In this document: positions 1-10,033 of the stretch, in pieces
Layout: each line of letters opens with the position of its first letter
Numbering within the stretch: position 1 is the first letter of the stretch
Source: Minisyncoccota bacterium
Lineage (GTDB): Bacteria > Patescibacteriota > Minisyncoccia > Phycocordibacterales > UBA9973
Assembly: GCA_041663005.1 (NCBI GenBank)
Contig: JBAZRK010000001.1
Location: 222,734 to 286,733 of the forward strand
Reading direction: 5' to 3'
DNA: 64,000 nt
Notes under the pieces: model-generated
The model's input: only the letters and a program-made list of their open reading frames with translations
Told to the model about the DNA's origin: nothing
The model's database searches: none
Program-made: the position numbers and the translations under genes

Positions 1-653
1 TTTCCCGTCCGGATAGTGTCTTGAATGGTAAATTAGTTTACGAAGTGAGGAAAAATTTCGGCAAAGAACTCGCTCGAGAATATCTACTTAAGGTTGATGC
101 CGTGGTGCCTGTACCGGACACCGCAATGCCCGTAGCCCTAGGCTACAGTGAAGTATCAGGCATCCCAATTGAATTATCTCTTGTAAAAAACAGGTACGTC
201 CACCGAACCTTCATTGAGCCTGACCAGAAATCTCGCGACCACAGCGTGGCACTTAAGCTTATTCCTCTTGAGAAAATGCTTAAGGGTAAAAGTGTCGCCA
301 TAATAGATGATTCGATAGTCAGGGGTACTACTAGTAAAAAATTAGTGAAGAGACTTTTCGAGGCCGGCGCGCGCGAAGTCCATTTCTTAGTTTCCTCACC
401 ACCAGTTCGTTTTCCGGATTTCTACGGCATTGATACTCCAAAGCAAAAGCACCTTATCGCCAGCAGCAAAACAGTAGAGGAAATCCGCAAATTTTTAGGA
501 GCCACGTCGCTACATTATTTGTCTCTAGGTGGATTGATTAAATCCATCGGTCTCCCAGAAGACACTTTGTGCACTTCATTTTTTACAGGAGAATATCCGA
601 TTGATTTAAAAGAAAGAGCAAAAGAAGTCAATCACAATGTCCCTAAAAAATAA
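1..653 (+). CDS. purF: Amidophosphoribosyltransferase, 3' part (truncated by window edge)
   Basis: VVPVPD, RTFIEP, PRPP-binding IIDDSIVRGTT, FYGID, GEYP motifs. Confidence 0.97.
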   Translation, partial: SRPDSVLNGKLVYEVRKNFGKELAREYLLKVDAVVPVPDTAMPVALGYSEVSGIPIELSLVKNRYVHRTFIEPDQKSRDHSVALKLIPLEKMLKGKSVAIIDDSIVRGTTSKKLVKRLFEAGAREVHFLVSSPPVRFPDFYGIDTPKQKHLIASSKTVEEIRKFLGATSLHYLSLGGLIKSIGLPEDTLCTSFFTGEYPIDLKERAKEVNHNVPKK

Positions 654-1188
654 AAAAAAACTTTTATTTTTAGTCCACGAAGGTAGCGCTCAGACCAATC
701 TGAAGGCGGTAAGAGATGCGATTGATGCTGGTACAATAAACGCAGAAATTTCTCTAGTAGTTTCAGACAGCGAGACATTGCCTAATCTGGAGAAAATATC
801 CCCGGATTATATCTGCCTCGCCGGATGGAAGAAAATTATACCGGAAGAGCTAATTCAAAATTATAAAATATTGAATATGCACCCCGGCTTGATTCCGGAC
901 TCAATCGATGGCACAGTAAAAAACCCGGATGGCACAGACGCGCTTTGGAATAAGGGCAAATTTACTACCAAGGCCATCCAAAATTTTATAGACCAAAAGG
1001 CCACCTACGCAGGTTCCTCAATTCATTTTTTGACTTCAGAATTCGATTTCGGCCCCGTGCTGGGCAGGTGTTTTGAGAAAATTGAGACAGGCGACACCGT
1101 GGAATCTCTTTATTCTCGCCTTAAGAAGAAAGAGAACGAATTGTACGTAGAGGTTCTAAAAAATTTAAGCAATAATGAGTATCGATAA
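637..1188 (+). CDS. purN: Phosphoribosylglycinamide formyltransferase (shortened, divergent)
   Basis: ICLAGW, NMHPG, GSSIHF..EFDFGP formyltransferase motifs; position in pur cluster. Confidence 0.85.
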   Translation: MSLKNKKKLLFLVHEGSAQTNLKAVRDAIDAGTINAEISLVVSDSETLPNLEKISPDYICLAGWKKIIPEELIQNYKILNMHPGLIPDSIDGTVKNPDGTDALWNKGKFTTKAIQNFIDQKATYAGSSIHFLTSEFDFGPVLGRCFEKIETGDTVESLYSRLKKKENELYVEVLKNLSNNEYR

Positions 1189-2488
1189 ACTTAAAATTTT
1201 AATAGTAGGAAGTGGCGGCAGGGAACACGCTGTTGGCTGGAAGGTTAAGCAGTCGCTTCGCGCCGGAGACATCTTCTTCGCTCCAGGGAACGCTGGCACT
1301 GCGAAGCTTGGCACCAATATAGAGATAAAGGCCACCGACATTAGTGGACTTTTGGCATTCGTTCAAAAGAACGAGATAGATTTGACCCTAGCCCTACCTG
1401 ACGACCCCCTCGCACTTGGCATTGTGGATGAATTTCAAAAAACAGGTCTCCGTATTTGGGGACCCACAAAGGCTGCGGCAAGGCTTGAGTGGTCCAAGGC
1501 ATTCTCTAAGAACTTTATGTCCGAACACGAGCTGCCAACGGCTAAGTTCGCTATTTTCAATAATCTTCCACAAGCCAAAGAATATGTGGAGAATGAAATT
1601 TTACCTATTGTTATCAAGGCTAGCGGTTTGGCGCTTGGTAAAGGTGTGGTAATTTGCGAGACAAAAGAAGAAGCTCTCCAAACACTTGAAGACATTTTTA
1701 TAAAAAAAGTTTTTGGCGATGCAGGGCAAGAAATTGTCGTGGAGAAATTTATGGCCGGGCCGGAAATTTCTATTCACGCTTTTTCTGATGGAATAAATTA
1801 TAAAATGTTCCCGCCCTCCCAAGATCACAAAAAGATAGGAGACAACGATACCGGACCAAATACTGGCGGTATGGGGACGATAGCCCCTTTGCCATTCGTG
1901 TCTAACGAATTAATAAACGAAATTGAGAAAAAAATAGTATCTAAAACTATTTCAGCGATGTCTGACTCAAAGACACCTTTCGCGGGAATTTTATACCCAG
2001 GACTCATGCTCACCAAGGATGGACCTAAAATATTGGAATACAACGCCCGCTTCGGCGATCCGGAAACACAAGTATATATGCGCTTGCTCGAAACCGATAT
2101 CTTGGATATTTTTGACGCCTGCATTGATGGCAAACTAAACAACCTAGAGATTAAATGGAAGGACTCTTTTGCCGCCAACGTTGTGCTCGCCTCCGGTGGT
2201 TATCCTGGTAACTACGAGAAGGGTAAAATTATTTCTGGAATCGAGGATGCGGAAGCTCAGAATGATGTAGTGGTTTTTCACGCCGGTACAAAAGTTGCCG
2301 AAGGCCCTGAGTCTAGTCGAAGGAAAGAAATTATGACGAACGGAGGCAGAGTCCTGGGAGTTAGCGCCATAGGACACTCTTTGGAGGAGGCACTGCAGAA
2401 AGCCTACAAAGCGGTAGAAAAAATTTCATTCGAAGGGATGCAGTACCGCAAAGACATCGGGAAGAGCGCACTTTTGCTAAAAAAATAA
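1175..2488 (+). CDS. purD: Phosphoribosylamine-glycine ligase
   Basis: GSGGREHA, APGNAG, QDHKK, GPNTGGMG, EYNARFGDPE, TNGGRVL. Confidence 0.98.
   Translation: MSIDKLKILIVGSGGREHAVGWKVKQSLRAGDIFFAPGNAGTAKLGTNIEIKATDISGLLAFVQKNEIDLTLALPDDPLALGIVDEFQKTGLRIWGPTKAAARLEWSKAFSKNFMSEHELPTAKFAIFNNLPQAKEYVENEILPIVIKASGLALGKGVVICETKEEALQTLEDIFIKKVFGDAGQEIVVEKFMAGPEISIHAFSDGINYKMFPPSQDHKKIGDNDTGPNTGGMGTIAPLPFVSNELINEIEKKIVSKTISAMSDSKTPFAGILYPGLMLTKDGPKILEYNARFGDPETQVYMRLLETDILDIFDACIDGKLNNLEIKWKDSFAANVVLASGGYPGNYEKGKIISGIEDAEAQNDVVVFHAGTKVAEGPESSRRKEIMTNGGRVLGVSAIGHSLEEALQKAYKAVEKISFEGMQYRKDIGKSALLLKK
2304..2323 (+). repeat. REP-like short element (CCTGAG-N4-GTCGAAGG) in frame in purD
   Basis: gccctgagtctagtcgaagg matches 15/20 the reverse complement of 26064-26083; lies in a lengthened loop before TNGGRV. 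Confidence 0.55.
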
Positions 2489-2507
2489 AAATGTTAATAT
2501 AGTAAGT

Positions 2508-3026
2508 ATGATGAAAAACCCAAAAATTGGCATTATTATGGGCTCAGATTCGGATTTACCGGTCTTTGCGGAAGCAGCAAAAGTTTTAGAAGATTTCGGT
2601 GTTTCGTATGACATTACTGTGGGTTCGGCCCACAGATCACCTGAACGAGCGAAGAAGTATTCCGAAACAGCGCGCGAACGCGGTATGCAAGTCATCATTG
2701 CCGGAGCAGGAGGAGCAGCCCACCTAGCCGGGGTCATCGCAGCTCATACGACCTTACCAGTGGTAGGCCTGCCGGTAAAGTCAAAGAGCTTGGACGGACT
2801 AGATTCACTTCTCTCTACTGTTAATATGCCCCCGGGCATTCCGGTGGCTACCGTAGGCATCGACGCTGGCAAGAATGCCGGACTACTCGCAGTACAGATA
2901 TTGGCTACTTCGGACAAAGAGCTCGCGGATAAATTTGTAGCCTATAAAGAAAAAATGGCCAAGGATCAGGACGAAAAAGGTAACAAGCTTTCTGAAATTG
3001 GATATAAAAAGTATTTGCAAAAATAA
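2508..3026 (+). CDS. purE: N5-CAIR mutase
   Basis: MGSDSD, SAHR, AGAGGAAHLAG, MPPGIPVATV. Confidence 0.98.
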   Translation: MMKNPKIGIIMGSDSDLPVFAEAAKVLEDFGVSYDITVGSAHRSPERAKKYSETARERGMQVIIAGAGGAAHLAGVIAAHTTLPVVGLPVKSKSLDGLDSLLSTVNMPPGIPVATVGIDAGKNAGLLAVQILATSDKELADKFVAYKEKMAKDQDEKGNKLSEIGYKKYLQK

Positions 3027-3029
3027 AAT

Positions 3030-4187
3030 ATGAGCGACCTCTCAGGCAAAAAAGTTTATTCGAAGGATGGGGTAGACGTAGAAGAGGAAGCTTTGTTCAG
3101 TAGTTTTGCGGGTGCGGTATGTAAAGATAGCTACAATAATTCTCAATATGTAGAAGTGCAAGACCTATCTGGTGGGAATTTTCGCGGGCCAAGGCCGTTT
3201 GTTTTTAAAAATTTACCTGAGGGGTATTTCATCGAAGCTACTGCCGATGGTATTGGTACCAAAGGAATTCTGATTGACGCCGCTAAAACTCACCACCTAG
3301 CTGCTTATGACATTATTGCAATGACCGCAAGCGACATTACCCGCTTCGGTGGTTTACCTTTGGTATTTATAAATATTTTAGATACTGTATCTGTGGGCAC
3401 CAAGGGCGGGGAAGTAAGCGAAGCGTACAAAAGTGCGATTGCCGGCTTAGGTGAAGTTGCGAAACTTAGCAAAATTGTGGCACTTAAGGGTGAAACGGCT
3501 CAGATGGGTGACGCTCTAGGCTCTGAGATATCGACTTCTCCCACAAAGTTGAACTGGTCAGGAGTTATGATTGGCGCATACCACAAGAATAAAATGATTA
3601 CTGGTGAGAGCCTGGCACCGGGCCAAGTCATCATCGCCCTCAAGGAAAATGGTTTCCGAAGCAACGGTATTAGTTCTGTGCGCAAAGCTTTTAGAGAAAA
3701 ATTTGGAGAGAAATGGTGGGAAAATCCTGATGCATCTGCCGATATTAAAAGTGCCGCAGCTCAATCCGTACTTTATGATATGTATGTAAACACTTTACAC
3801 GGATGGTTTAGTAAAGATTTTACGCCAGAGATTAAAATTCATTCCGTTGTACATCTCTCCGGCGGAGCTATGAAAGAGAAGCTCGCCAAAGATATTCTTT
3901 TCCCCAAAAAACTCTCGGCCGAACTTTTTGATTTGTGGGAGCCTCCTCTGATAATGAAGAAATGCGCCGAATGGCATAAAATTAGCGATGAAGAATTCTA
4001 CGAAGTCTGGAATGGTGGTCAAGGAATGCTTATAGTGGTAAACGAGGAAGATGCCGAGCAGGCAGTTAACCGAGCGCGAGATTTCGGTGTAGAGGCAAGA
4101 ATTGCCGGTAAAATTGTAAGGGAAGACAGCCCCCAAGTTTCTATTCTATCCAAATTAAATCCTGGAAAAATTATTATTTATAAATAA
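3030..4187 (+). CDS. purM: AIR synthase (divergent)
   Basis: Y..DGVD, ADGIGTK, GETA, GFRSNG.S, VHLSGG, WNGGQGM. Confidence 0.9.
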   Translation: MSDLSGKKVYSKDGVDVEEEALFSSFAGAVCKDSYNNSQYVEVQDLSGGNFRGPRPFVFKNLPEGYFIEATADGIGTKGILIDAAKTHHLAAYDIIAMTASDITRFGGLPLVFINILDTVSVGTKGGEVSEAYKSAIAGLGEVAKLSKIVALKGETAQMGDALGSEISTSPTKLNWSGVMIGAYHKNKMITGESLAPGQVIIALKENGFRSNGISSVRKAFREKFGEKWWENPDASADIKSAAAQSVLYDMYVNTLHGWFSKDFTPEIKIHSVVHLSGGAMKEKLAKDILFPKKLSAELFDLWEPPLIMKKCAEWHKISDEEFYEVWNGGQGMLIVVNEEDAEQAVNRARDFGVEARIAGKIVREDSPQVSILSKLNPGKIIIYK

Positions 4188-4195
4188 AGATTCAA

Positions 4196-5152
4196 ATGGA
4201 GATAGAGAAAATCAAAGAACACATCGATGATGTTTTAAAAGAAACTAATTTCCCGGAGCTAGGCAAAAAGAAAGCAGGGAAGGTCCGAGATATCTACGAC
4301 GGTGGCGATCGTCTCACGCTCATAGCCACGGACCGACATTCTTCATTCGACCGTGTGATCGCCCACATACCTTTCAAGGGTGAGGTACTAAACCAAATTA
4401 GCCTTTACTGGTTTGAGCAAACCAAAGATATTGTTCCGAATCATGTAATAAGCACGCCCGACCCGAACATTACCGTTGGGAAAAAGATGAAGCTTGTCCC
4501 CGTAGAAGCGGTTATGCGTGGATACTTGACCGGCGTGACTGACACTTCTATCTGGACCCGCTACCAGAAGGGGCTTCGTCAATTTGGAGATTTAACTTTG
4601 CCGGACGGTCTAAAAAAGAACACAAAATTGCCAAATCCAATCTTTGACCCCACGACCAAGGAAGATACCCACGATCGAGCCATCAGCCCTGACCAGATGA
4701 TAGAGGAAGGTCTCATAACAAAGGAATTGCTGACACAGATTAAGGAAGCAGCAACAAAGCTTTTCCTTCGAGGCCAAGAGCTTGCTTTGAAACGCGGACT
4801 CATACTGGTGGACACCAAGTACGAATTCGGCACGGATGAAAACGGTAAATTGGTTCTCATAGATGAGATTCATACTCCGGATTCTTCACGCTACTGGAAT
4901 GCTGGAAGCTATGAGGAGAGGTTTGAGAAAGGGGAGGAGCCGGAATACTTCGATAAAGAATTTCTGCGCCTTTGGTTCAAGGAAAATTGCGACCCTTATA
5001 AGGATGCCATTTTGCCCGAGGCGCCGAAGGACCTCGTAGCCGAACTTTCTCGTCGATACATTGAGATATTCGAGAGGATTACTGGCCAGCCGTTCGAGCA
5101 CGACTTCTCCCTGCCGGTTATGGAGCGAATTACGAAAAACCTTAAGAAATAA
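4196..5152 (+). CDS. purC: SAICAR synthetase (long form)
   Basis: GKVRDIY, TDRHSSFD, LVDTKYEFG, DEIHTPDSSRYW, DKEFLR. Confidence 0.97.
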   Translation: MEIEKIKEHIDDVLKETNFPELGKKKAGKVRDIYDGGDRLTLIATDRHSSFDRVIAHIPFKGEVLNQISLYWFEQTKDIVPNHVISTPDPNITVGKKMKLVPVEAVMRGYLTGVTDTSIWTRYQKGLRQFGDLTLPDGLKKNTKLPNPIFDPTTKEDTHDRAISPDQMIEEGLITKELLTQIKEAATKLFLRGQELALKRGLILVDTKYEFGTDENGKLVLIDEIHTPDSSRYWNAGSYEERFEKGEEPEYFDKEFLRLWFKENCDPYKDAILPEAPKDLVAELSRRYIEIFERITGQPFEHDFSLPVMERITKNLKK

Positions 5153-5166
5153 GGAGATTTTCGTTA

Positions 5167-5195
5167 TTGCAATTTATTATTTAATGTGGTATAAT
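5167..5195 (+). promoter_or_regulatory. Sigma70 promoter of purB
   Basis: TTGCAA-17 bp-TATAAT with TG extension, 8 nt before ATG. Confidence 0.75.
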
Positions 5196-5203
5196 ATAAT
5201 GAT

Positions 5204-6571
5204 ATGGTAAACAACGCGATTAGCCCCCTAGACGGTAGATATTTTTCGAAAACTCGCACCCTAGCGCCTTATTTCTCCGAGGAGGCGTTAATGAAATACC
5301 GATTGGCAATGGAAGCAGAGTACCTAATCGCCCTGTCACTATCCAGGAAAACTGCATTAAGGAAATTTACTCCAGCAGAAATAAAAATTATAAGGACCCT
5401 CGTAGAAAAATTTAACGACGACTCCTATAATAAAATAAAAGAAATAGAAAAAACTACCAACCACGACGTGAAGGCGGTGGAGTATTTTATCAAGGAGCGC
5501 CTATCGAAAACCTCACTCAAAGACTCAACTGAATGGGTCCATTTTGCGCTAACCTCTGAAGATACCAACAACATTGCTTACGGAATGATACTAAGCGACG
5601 CCACAGAGAACATCCTCCTTCCAAAGCTTCTAAAAATTGTGGCTGAACTTAAAACACTAGCCAAGCACCACAAAGATCTCCCAATGCTCGCTAGAACCCA
5701 CGGCCAGCCAGCCACTCCAACGACTTTCGGCAAAGAAATGAACGTCTTCGCGGAAAGACTCGACCGAGGATTAAAGCACCTACTGGGGCAAAAGATTCAA
5801 GTTAAATTAAATGGCGCCTCCGGCAACTACAATGCCCATATGGCAGCCTATCCTAAGGTTGACTGGCTCAAGTGGAGTGAAACATTCGTGGCCGGCCTAA
5901 ATAAGAAACGAAAATTTGCTCTGGAGCTTAACCCACTCACGACCCAAATTGAACCTCACGATTCATACGTGGAACTTTTCGACCGCATTAAACGCTTCAA
6001 CAATATCCTTGTCGACTTAAACCAAGATATGTGGAGATATATTTCCGACGAATGGGTGGTCCAGAAACCTAAGCCCGGAGAAGTGGGCTCATCCACTATG
6101 CCTCATAAAATTAACCCGATATTCTTCGAGAACAGCGAGGGTAACCTAGGCTTGGGCAACGCTCTCTTTGAATTCTTCGGCAGGAAGTTGCCAATTTCTC
6201 GTCTACAGCGAGACCTCTCGGACTCCACAGTAGAACGCAATATGGGTGTAGCCTTCGCGCACTCACTGGTTGCCTACGAGTACTTACTTGAGGGACTTGC
6301 AAGAATTAGCGTTAACGAACACAACGTCGTTGCCGCACTCACTAAACACCCGGAAGTTATAGGCGAAGCTATTCAGACAATCTTACGCCGAGAAGGTATA
6401 GAGGCTCCGTATGAGAAATTGAAAGAACTTACCAGGGGCAAAGAGAACACACTGGAAGCTATTCACGCTTTTGTAGGAACTCTAAAAGTAAGTGACAAAG
6501 TGAAAAAAGAACTGCTTAAACTCACGCCGGAAAACTACACCGGCCTTGCATCACACCTCGCTTCAAAGTAA
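5204..6571 (+). CDS. purB: Adenylosuccinate lyase
   Basis: ISPLDGRY, TNHDVKAVEY, RTHGQPA, GSSTMPHKINP. Confidence 0.98.
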   Translation: MVNNAISPLDGRYFSKTRTLAPYFSEEALMKYRLAMEAEYLIALSLSRKTALRKFTPAEIKIIRTLVEKFNDDSYNKIKEIEKTTNHDVKAVEYFIKERLSKTSLKDSTEWVHFALTSEDTNNIAYGMILSDATENILLPKLLKIVAELKTLAKHHKDLPMLARTHGQPATPTTFGKEMNVFAERLDRGLKHLLGQKIQVKLNGASGNYNAHMAAYPKVDWLKWSETFVAGLNKKRKFALELNPLTTQIEPHDSYVELFDRIKRFNNILVDLNQDMWRYISDEWVVQKPKPGEVGSSTMPHKINPIFFENSEGNLGLGNALFEFFGRKLPISRLQRDLSDSTVERNMGVAFAHSLVAYEYLLEGLARISVNEHNVVAALTKHPEVIGEAIQTILRREGIEAPYEKLKELTRGKENTLEAIHAFVGTLKVSDKVKKELLKLTPENYTGLASHLASK

Positions 6572-6580
6572 GATGACAGT

Positions 6581-6844
6581 ATGGCTTTGCGTATTTTAGC
6601 GTCCGCGGTACTGTTGTTTTCTGTGATTTATTTGCCTTTTTGGGTGACTGTAATTCTAGCACTCGCTGGAATAATTTATTTTTCGGTTTACTGGGAAGCT
6701 GTGGCACTCTTGTTCCTCTCTGACGTACTGTATGGAGTAAGCGAAGATAAGTTTTTTGGTATGGTCTTCGTTTCTTTTTTTGTATCCCTTATAGTTTTAT
6801 TCGCAGTGGAAGCTCTTAAGAAAAAGTTGAAATTTTATCGTTAA
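6581..6844 (+). CDS. Small multi-pass membrane protein (MreD-like position before PBP2)
   Basis: About three hydrophobic segments; directly precedes a class B PBP. Confidence 0.6.
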   Translation: MALRILASAVLLFSVIYLPFWVTVILALAGIIYFSVYWEAVALLFLSDVLYGVSEDKFFGMVFVSFFVSLIVLFAVEALKKKLKFYR

Positions 6845-6850
6845 CCATAA

Positions 6851-8542
6851 ATGGTCTGGAGAATTTTTAGAAAAAACAATAGAAGGGAAAATAATTTCGT
6901 AGAGCCCGATGAAATTTTTCTTGATTCAAAAAACTTAGCAAACTTCGACCGACAGCAATTCGAGGGCCGACTTGAGAAAACGATTCCGAAGAAAACAATT
7001 ATAATGCTCGGGGGTTTGTTCCTGTTTATATGCATGGTTTTCGGTGCGCGGCTTGTGTATCTTCAGGTTGAGAAAGGGGAGTCATATTTCAGCCGAAGCC
7101 AAAACAACGTCCTCGAAAAAGTTATTATTTTCGCCGACCGAGGCATAATCTACGACCGTAACAAAGTTGAGCTCGCTTGGAATAAAAAGGACGAAGAAGA
7201 GGCTGTGCCCACCAGGGCCTATATAAGCCCTGGCTTTTCACACCTTTTAGGCTACGTGAGCTACCCAGCCAAGGACAAATCGGGTAACTACTGGCAAGGA
7301 GAATTTATCGGCAAGGACGGCCTAGAAAAACAGTATGATGATATGCTAACAGGGGAGAACGGCGCGAAAATAATTGAAACCGACGCCCGAGGAAAAACTT
7401 ATTCCGAAAACATAGTCAACGCTCCGGAACAAGGTAAAGACCTTGTGACTTCGATAGATTCCGGAATTCAAAAAGAGCTCTTCACTTTAATAAAAAATAT
7501 GGCTGAGAAAAACTCATTTTCCGGCGGCGCAGGACTCATAATGGATGTCCGCAACGGAGAGCTCATTGTCTCGACCAGTTTTCCTGAATATAATTCTGAA
7601 GTTCTCTCGCTTGGAGAAGACAAGGCTTTAATTAATGGCTACTTAACGGATAAAAGGAAGGCCTTCCTCGAGCGTGACATTTCCGGACTTTATACTCCCG
7701 GCTCAATCGTTAAGCCATTCTTTGCCTTGGCGGCCTTGTCAGAAAAGATTATTGACCCTTACAAGGAAATTCTTTCCACCGGTTCGATCTCAATACCGAA
7801 TCCATATTTCCCAGAACAGAAAACTATCTTCAAGGACTGGCGTGTTAACGGTTGGACCAATATGATGGAGGCAATAGCTGTGTCTTCGGACATATATTTC
7901 TACTCTGTCGGCGGTGGCTTCGAAGGACAAAAAGGACTGGGTATTGCGAAAATCGAAGAGTACTCGAAAACGTTTGGAATGGATGAAAAGACCGGCATCG
8001 ATCGGCCTGATGAAAAATCGGGGTCCATACCAAGCCCTGAATGGAAATTGCTTAAATTTGACGGCGACCCTTGGCGATTAGGGGACACTTATCACACTGC
8101 CATAGGCCAATACGGATTTCAGGTGACACCCCTCGAGATGGTACGTGCCACAGGAGCTCTAGCAAACAACGGCAAGCTCCTCAATCCTCACCTAGTTATG
8201 AATGACGCCTCCAGGGAAGGCGTGGCTCGGGAAATCGATCTCAATGCCAAGGATTATGAATTTGTGCGCCAAGGAATGCGCGAAGCTGTAACCTACGGCA
8301 CAGCCGCAAGTCTCAATGTTCCGTACGTTGACGTAGCTGCTAAGACCGGTACAGCGCAAGTGGGGATTTCTAAAAATAAAGTTAACTCCTGGGTTATTGG
8401 ATTTTTCCCTTACGAAAATCCCAAATACGCTTTTACTATAATGATGGAGGCAGGGCCCTCCACGGGCAACGTCGGCGCTTCTTCCATAATGCGCCAGCTC
8501 CTTGACTGGATGACAATTAATACGCCGGCGTATTTTGAATAG
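6851..8542 (+). CDS. mrdA: Class B penicillin-binding protein (PBP2/MrdA-like)
   Basis: TM anchor, RGIIYDRN, G.DGLE, PGSIVK (SxxK), SSD, KTGT. Confidence 0.88.
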   Translation: MVWRIFRKNNRRENNFVEPDEIFLDSKNLANFDRQQFEGRLEKTIPKKTIIMLGGLFLFICMVFGARLVYLQVEKGESYFSRSQNNVLEKVIIFADRGIIYDRNKVELAWNKKDEEEAVPTRAYISPGFSHLLGYVSYPAKDKSGNYWQGEFIGKDGLEKQYDDMLTGENGAKIIETDARGKTYSENIVNAPEQGKDLVTSIDSGIQKELFTLIKNMAEKNSFSGGAGLIMDVRNGELIVSTSFPEYNSEVLSLGEDKALINGYLTDKRKAFLERDISGLYTPGSIVKPFFALAALSEKIIDPYKEILSTGSISIPNPYFPEQKTIFKDWRVNGWTNMMEAIAVSSDIYFYSVGGGFEGQKGLGIAKIEEYSKTFGMDEKTGIDRPDEKSGSIPSPEWKLLKFDGDPWRLGDTYHTAIGQYGFQVTPLEMVRATGALANNGKLLNPHLVMNDASREGVAREIDLNAKDYEFVRQGMREAVTYGTAASLNVPYVDVAAKTGTAQVGISKNKVNSWVIGFFPYENPKYAFTIMMEAGPSTGNVGASSIMRQLLDWMTINTPAYFE

Positions 8543-8585
8543 ACAATTCGTTTGCGTTTTTCGTACCATTTTATATACTATAGCT

Positions 8586-8816
8586 ATGCGAAAAGCACGA
8601 ATACTTCTCACTTTTGGAGTTTGGGTGGCCATATTGCCTTACTTGGGATTTCCGTACTCCTGGAAGTCCACCTTGTTCACTTTGACGGGGTTGGGCCTTA
8701 TTTATTTCAGCTATGTGATGTATCAGGACTACCACAAAGATAGCACTGAAGAAAACACTTTTGACAACTTTCGAGAAAATTCAAATTTTGACGACACGCA
8801 AATAGATGGACAATAA
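8586..8816 (+). CDS. Small 2-TM membrane protein
   Basis: LPYLGFP..WK hydrophobic hairpin; start moved to ATG 8586, 6 nt after TATACT. Confidence 0.75.
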   Translation: MRKARILLTFGVWVAILPYLGFPYSWKSTLFTLTGLGLIYFSYVMYQDYHKDSTEENTFDNFRENSNFDDTQIDGQ

Positions 8817-10023
8817 ATTTTCCAAAATAAGACATTACGGCGCCCCTGTTTTGCTCGTAATAATATTTTTCTCTTTAGGTTTTTATTTTGGGAAGGATAG
8901 GCGTCTCGAGATAGAAAAAGTCGTCGGTATTTCCGGCAAAGAAACCGCCGTGGAAACTACCGCGGATTTTTCGCCGTTTTGGAAAGTTTGGAATAAAATT
9001 AACGAGAAGTACCCGTCAGCATCTAAAATTTCCGATCAGGATAAGGTCTATGGAGCTATTCAAGGCCTCGTAGCCTCTCTCGACGACCCTTACAGCGTCT
9101 ATTTCGACCCAGAAGAGACTAAGTCCTTCAAGGAAGACATCGCTGGTAACTTCGAGGGTGTCGGGATGGAAGTCGGACTTAAAGACAAGTTCTTGACGGT
9201 GATAGCCCCACTTAAAGATACCCCGGCCTATCGCGCAGGCATAAAGCCGGGTGATAAAATTCTTAAAATTGACGAAACCTCAACCTCTGGACTAAGTGTG
9301 GAGGAAGCTATTAAATTAATTCGCGGACAAAAAGGTACCTCGGTAATGCTCACCATAGCACGAGCGGGTGAAAACAAACCAAGGGAAATAAAGATAGTAC
9401 GAGACACTATAAACATACCGACGCTTGATACAGAGTTGCGCGCCGACGGAATTTTCGTAATTCGCCTTTACAGCTTTTCTTCAAATTCCGCTAACCTTTT
9501 CCGAATCGCCCTGAAAGAATTCACCGAAGCGAAAACAGACAAACTGCTCCTCGACCTGCGAGGTAATCCTGGTGGCTACTTGAGCGCTGCGATTGATATG
9601 GCCAGCTGGTTCATAGACAGCGGCAAAATAGTTGTCACCGAGGATTACGGCAACAACCAGGAGGCGGAAGTATTCCGCAGCCGAGGCTACGACGTGTTTA
9701 ATGATAAATTGAAATTCGTTATTTTAATAGACGGTGGTTCAGCCTCCGCTTCAGAGATTCTGGCCGGAGCACTCCAAAGCCACGGACGTGCCAAGCTTGT
9801 CGGTACCCAGAGTTTCGGTAAAGGTTCCGTTCAGGAAATGATAGACATTACCCCGACAACCAGCCTAAAAATTACCGTCGCTAAATGGTTAACTCCCGAT
9901 GGTATTTCAATTTCCGAAAAAGGTTTGACCCCGGATTACGTTGTTGAACTCACAGAGAAAGACGCCGCCGCCAAAAAAGACCCTCAGCTGGACAAAGCGG
10001 TAGAATTGTTATTAAATTGGTAA
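8806..10023 (+). CDS. ctpA: S41 carboxyl-terminal processing protease (PDZ)
   Basis: LDDPYS, DLRGNPGG, SASASEI, SFGKGSVQ. Confidence 0.93.
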   Translation: MDNKFSKIRHYGAPVLLVIIFFSLGFYFGKDRRLEIEKVVGISGKETAVETTADFSPFWKVWNKINEKYPSASKISDQDKVYGAIQGLVASLDDPYSVYFDPEETKSFKEDIAGNFEGVGMEVGLKDKFLTVIAPLKDTPAYRAGIKPGDKILKIDETSTSGLSVEEAIKLIRGQKGTSVMLTIARAGENKPREIKIVRDTINIPTLDTELRADGIFVIRLYSFSSNSANLFRIALKEFTEAKTDKLLLDLRGNPGGYLSAAIDMASWFIDSGKIVVTEDYGNNQEAEVFRSRGYDVFNDKLKFVILIDGGSASASEILAGALQSHGRAKLVGTQSFGKGSVQEMIDITPTTSLKITVAKWLTPDGISISEKGLTPDYVVELTEKDAAAKKDPQLDKAVELLLNW

Positions 10024-10033
10024 AATTAAAATT

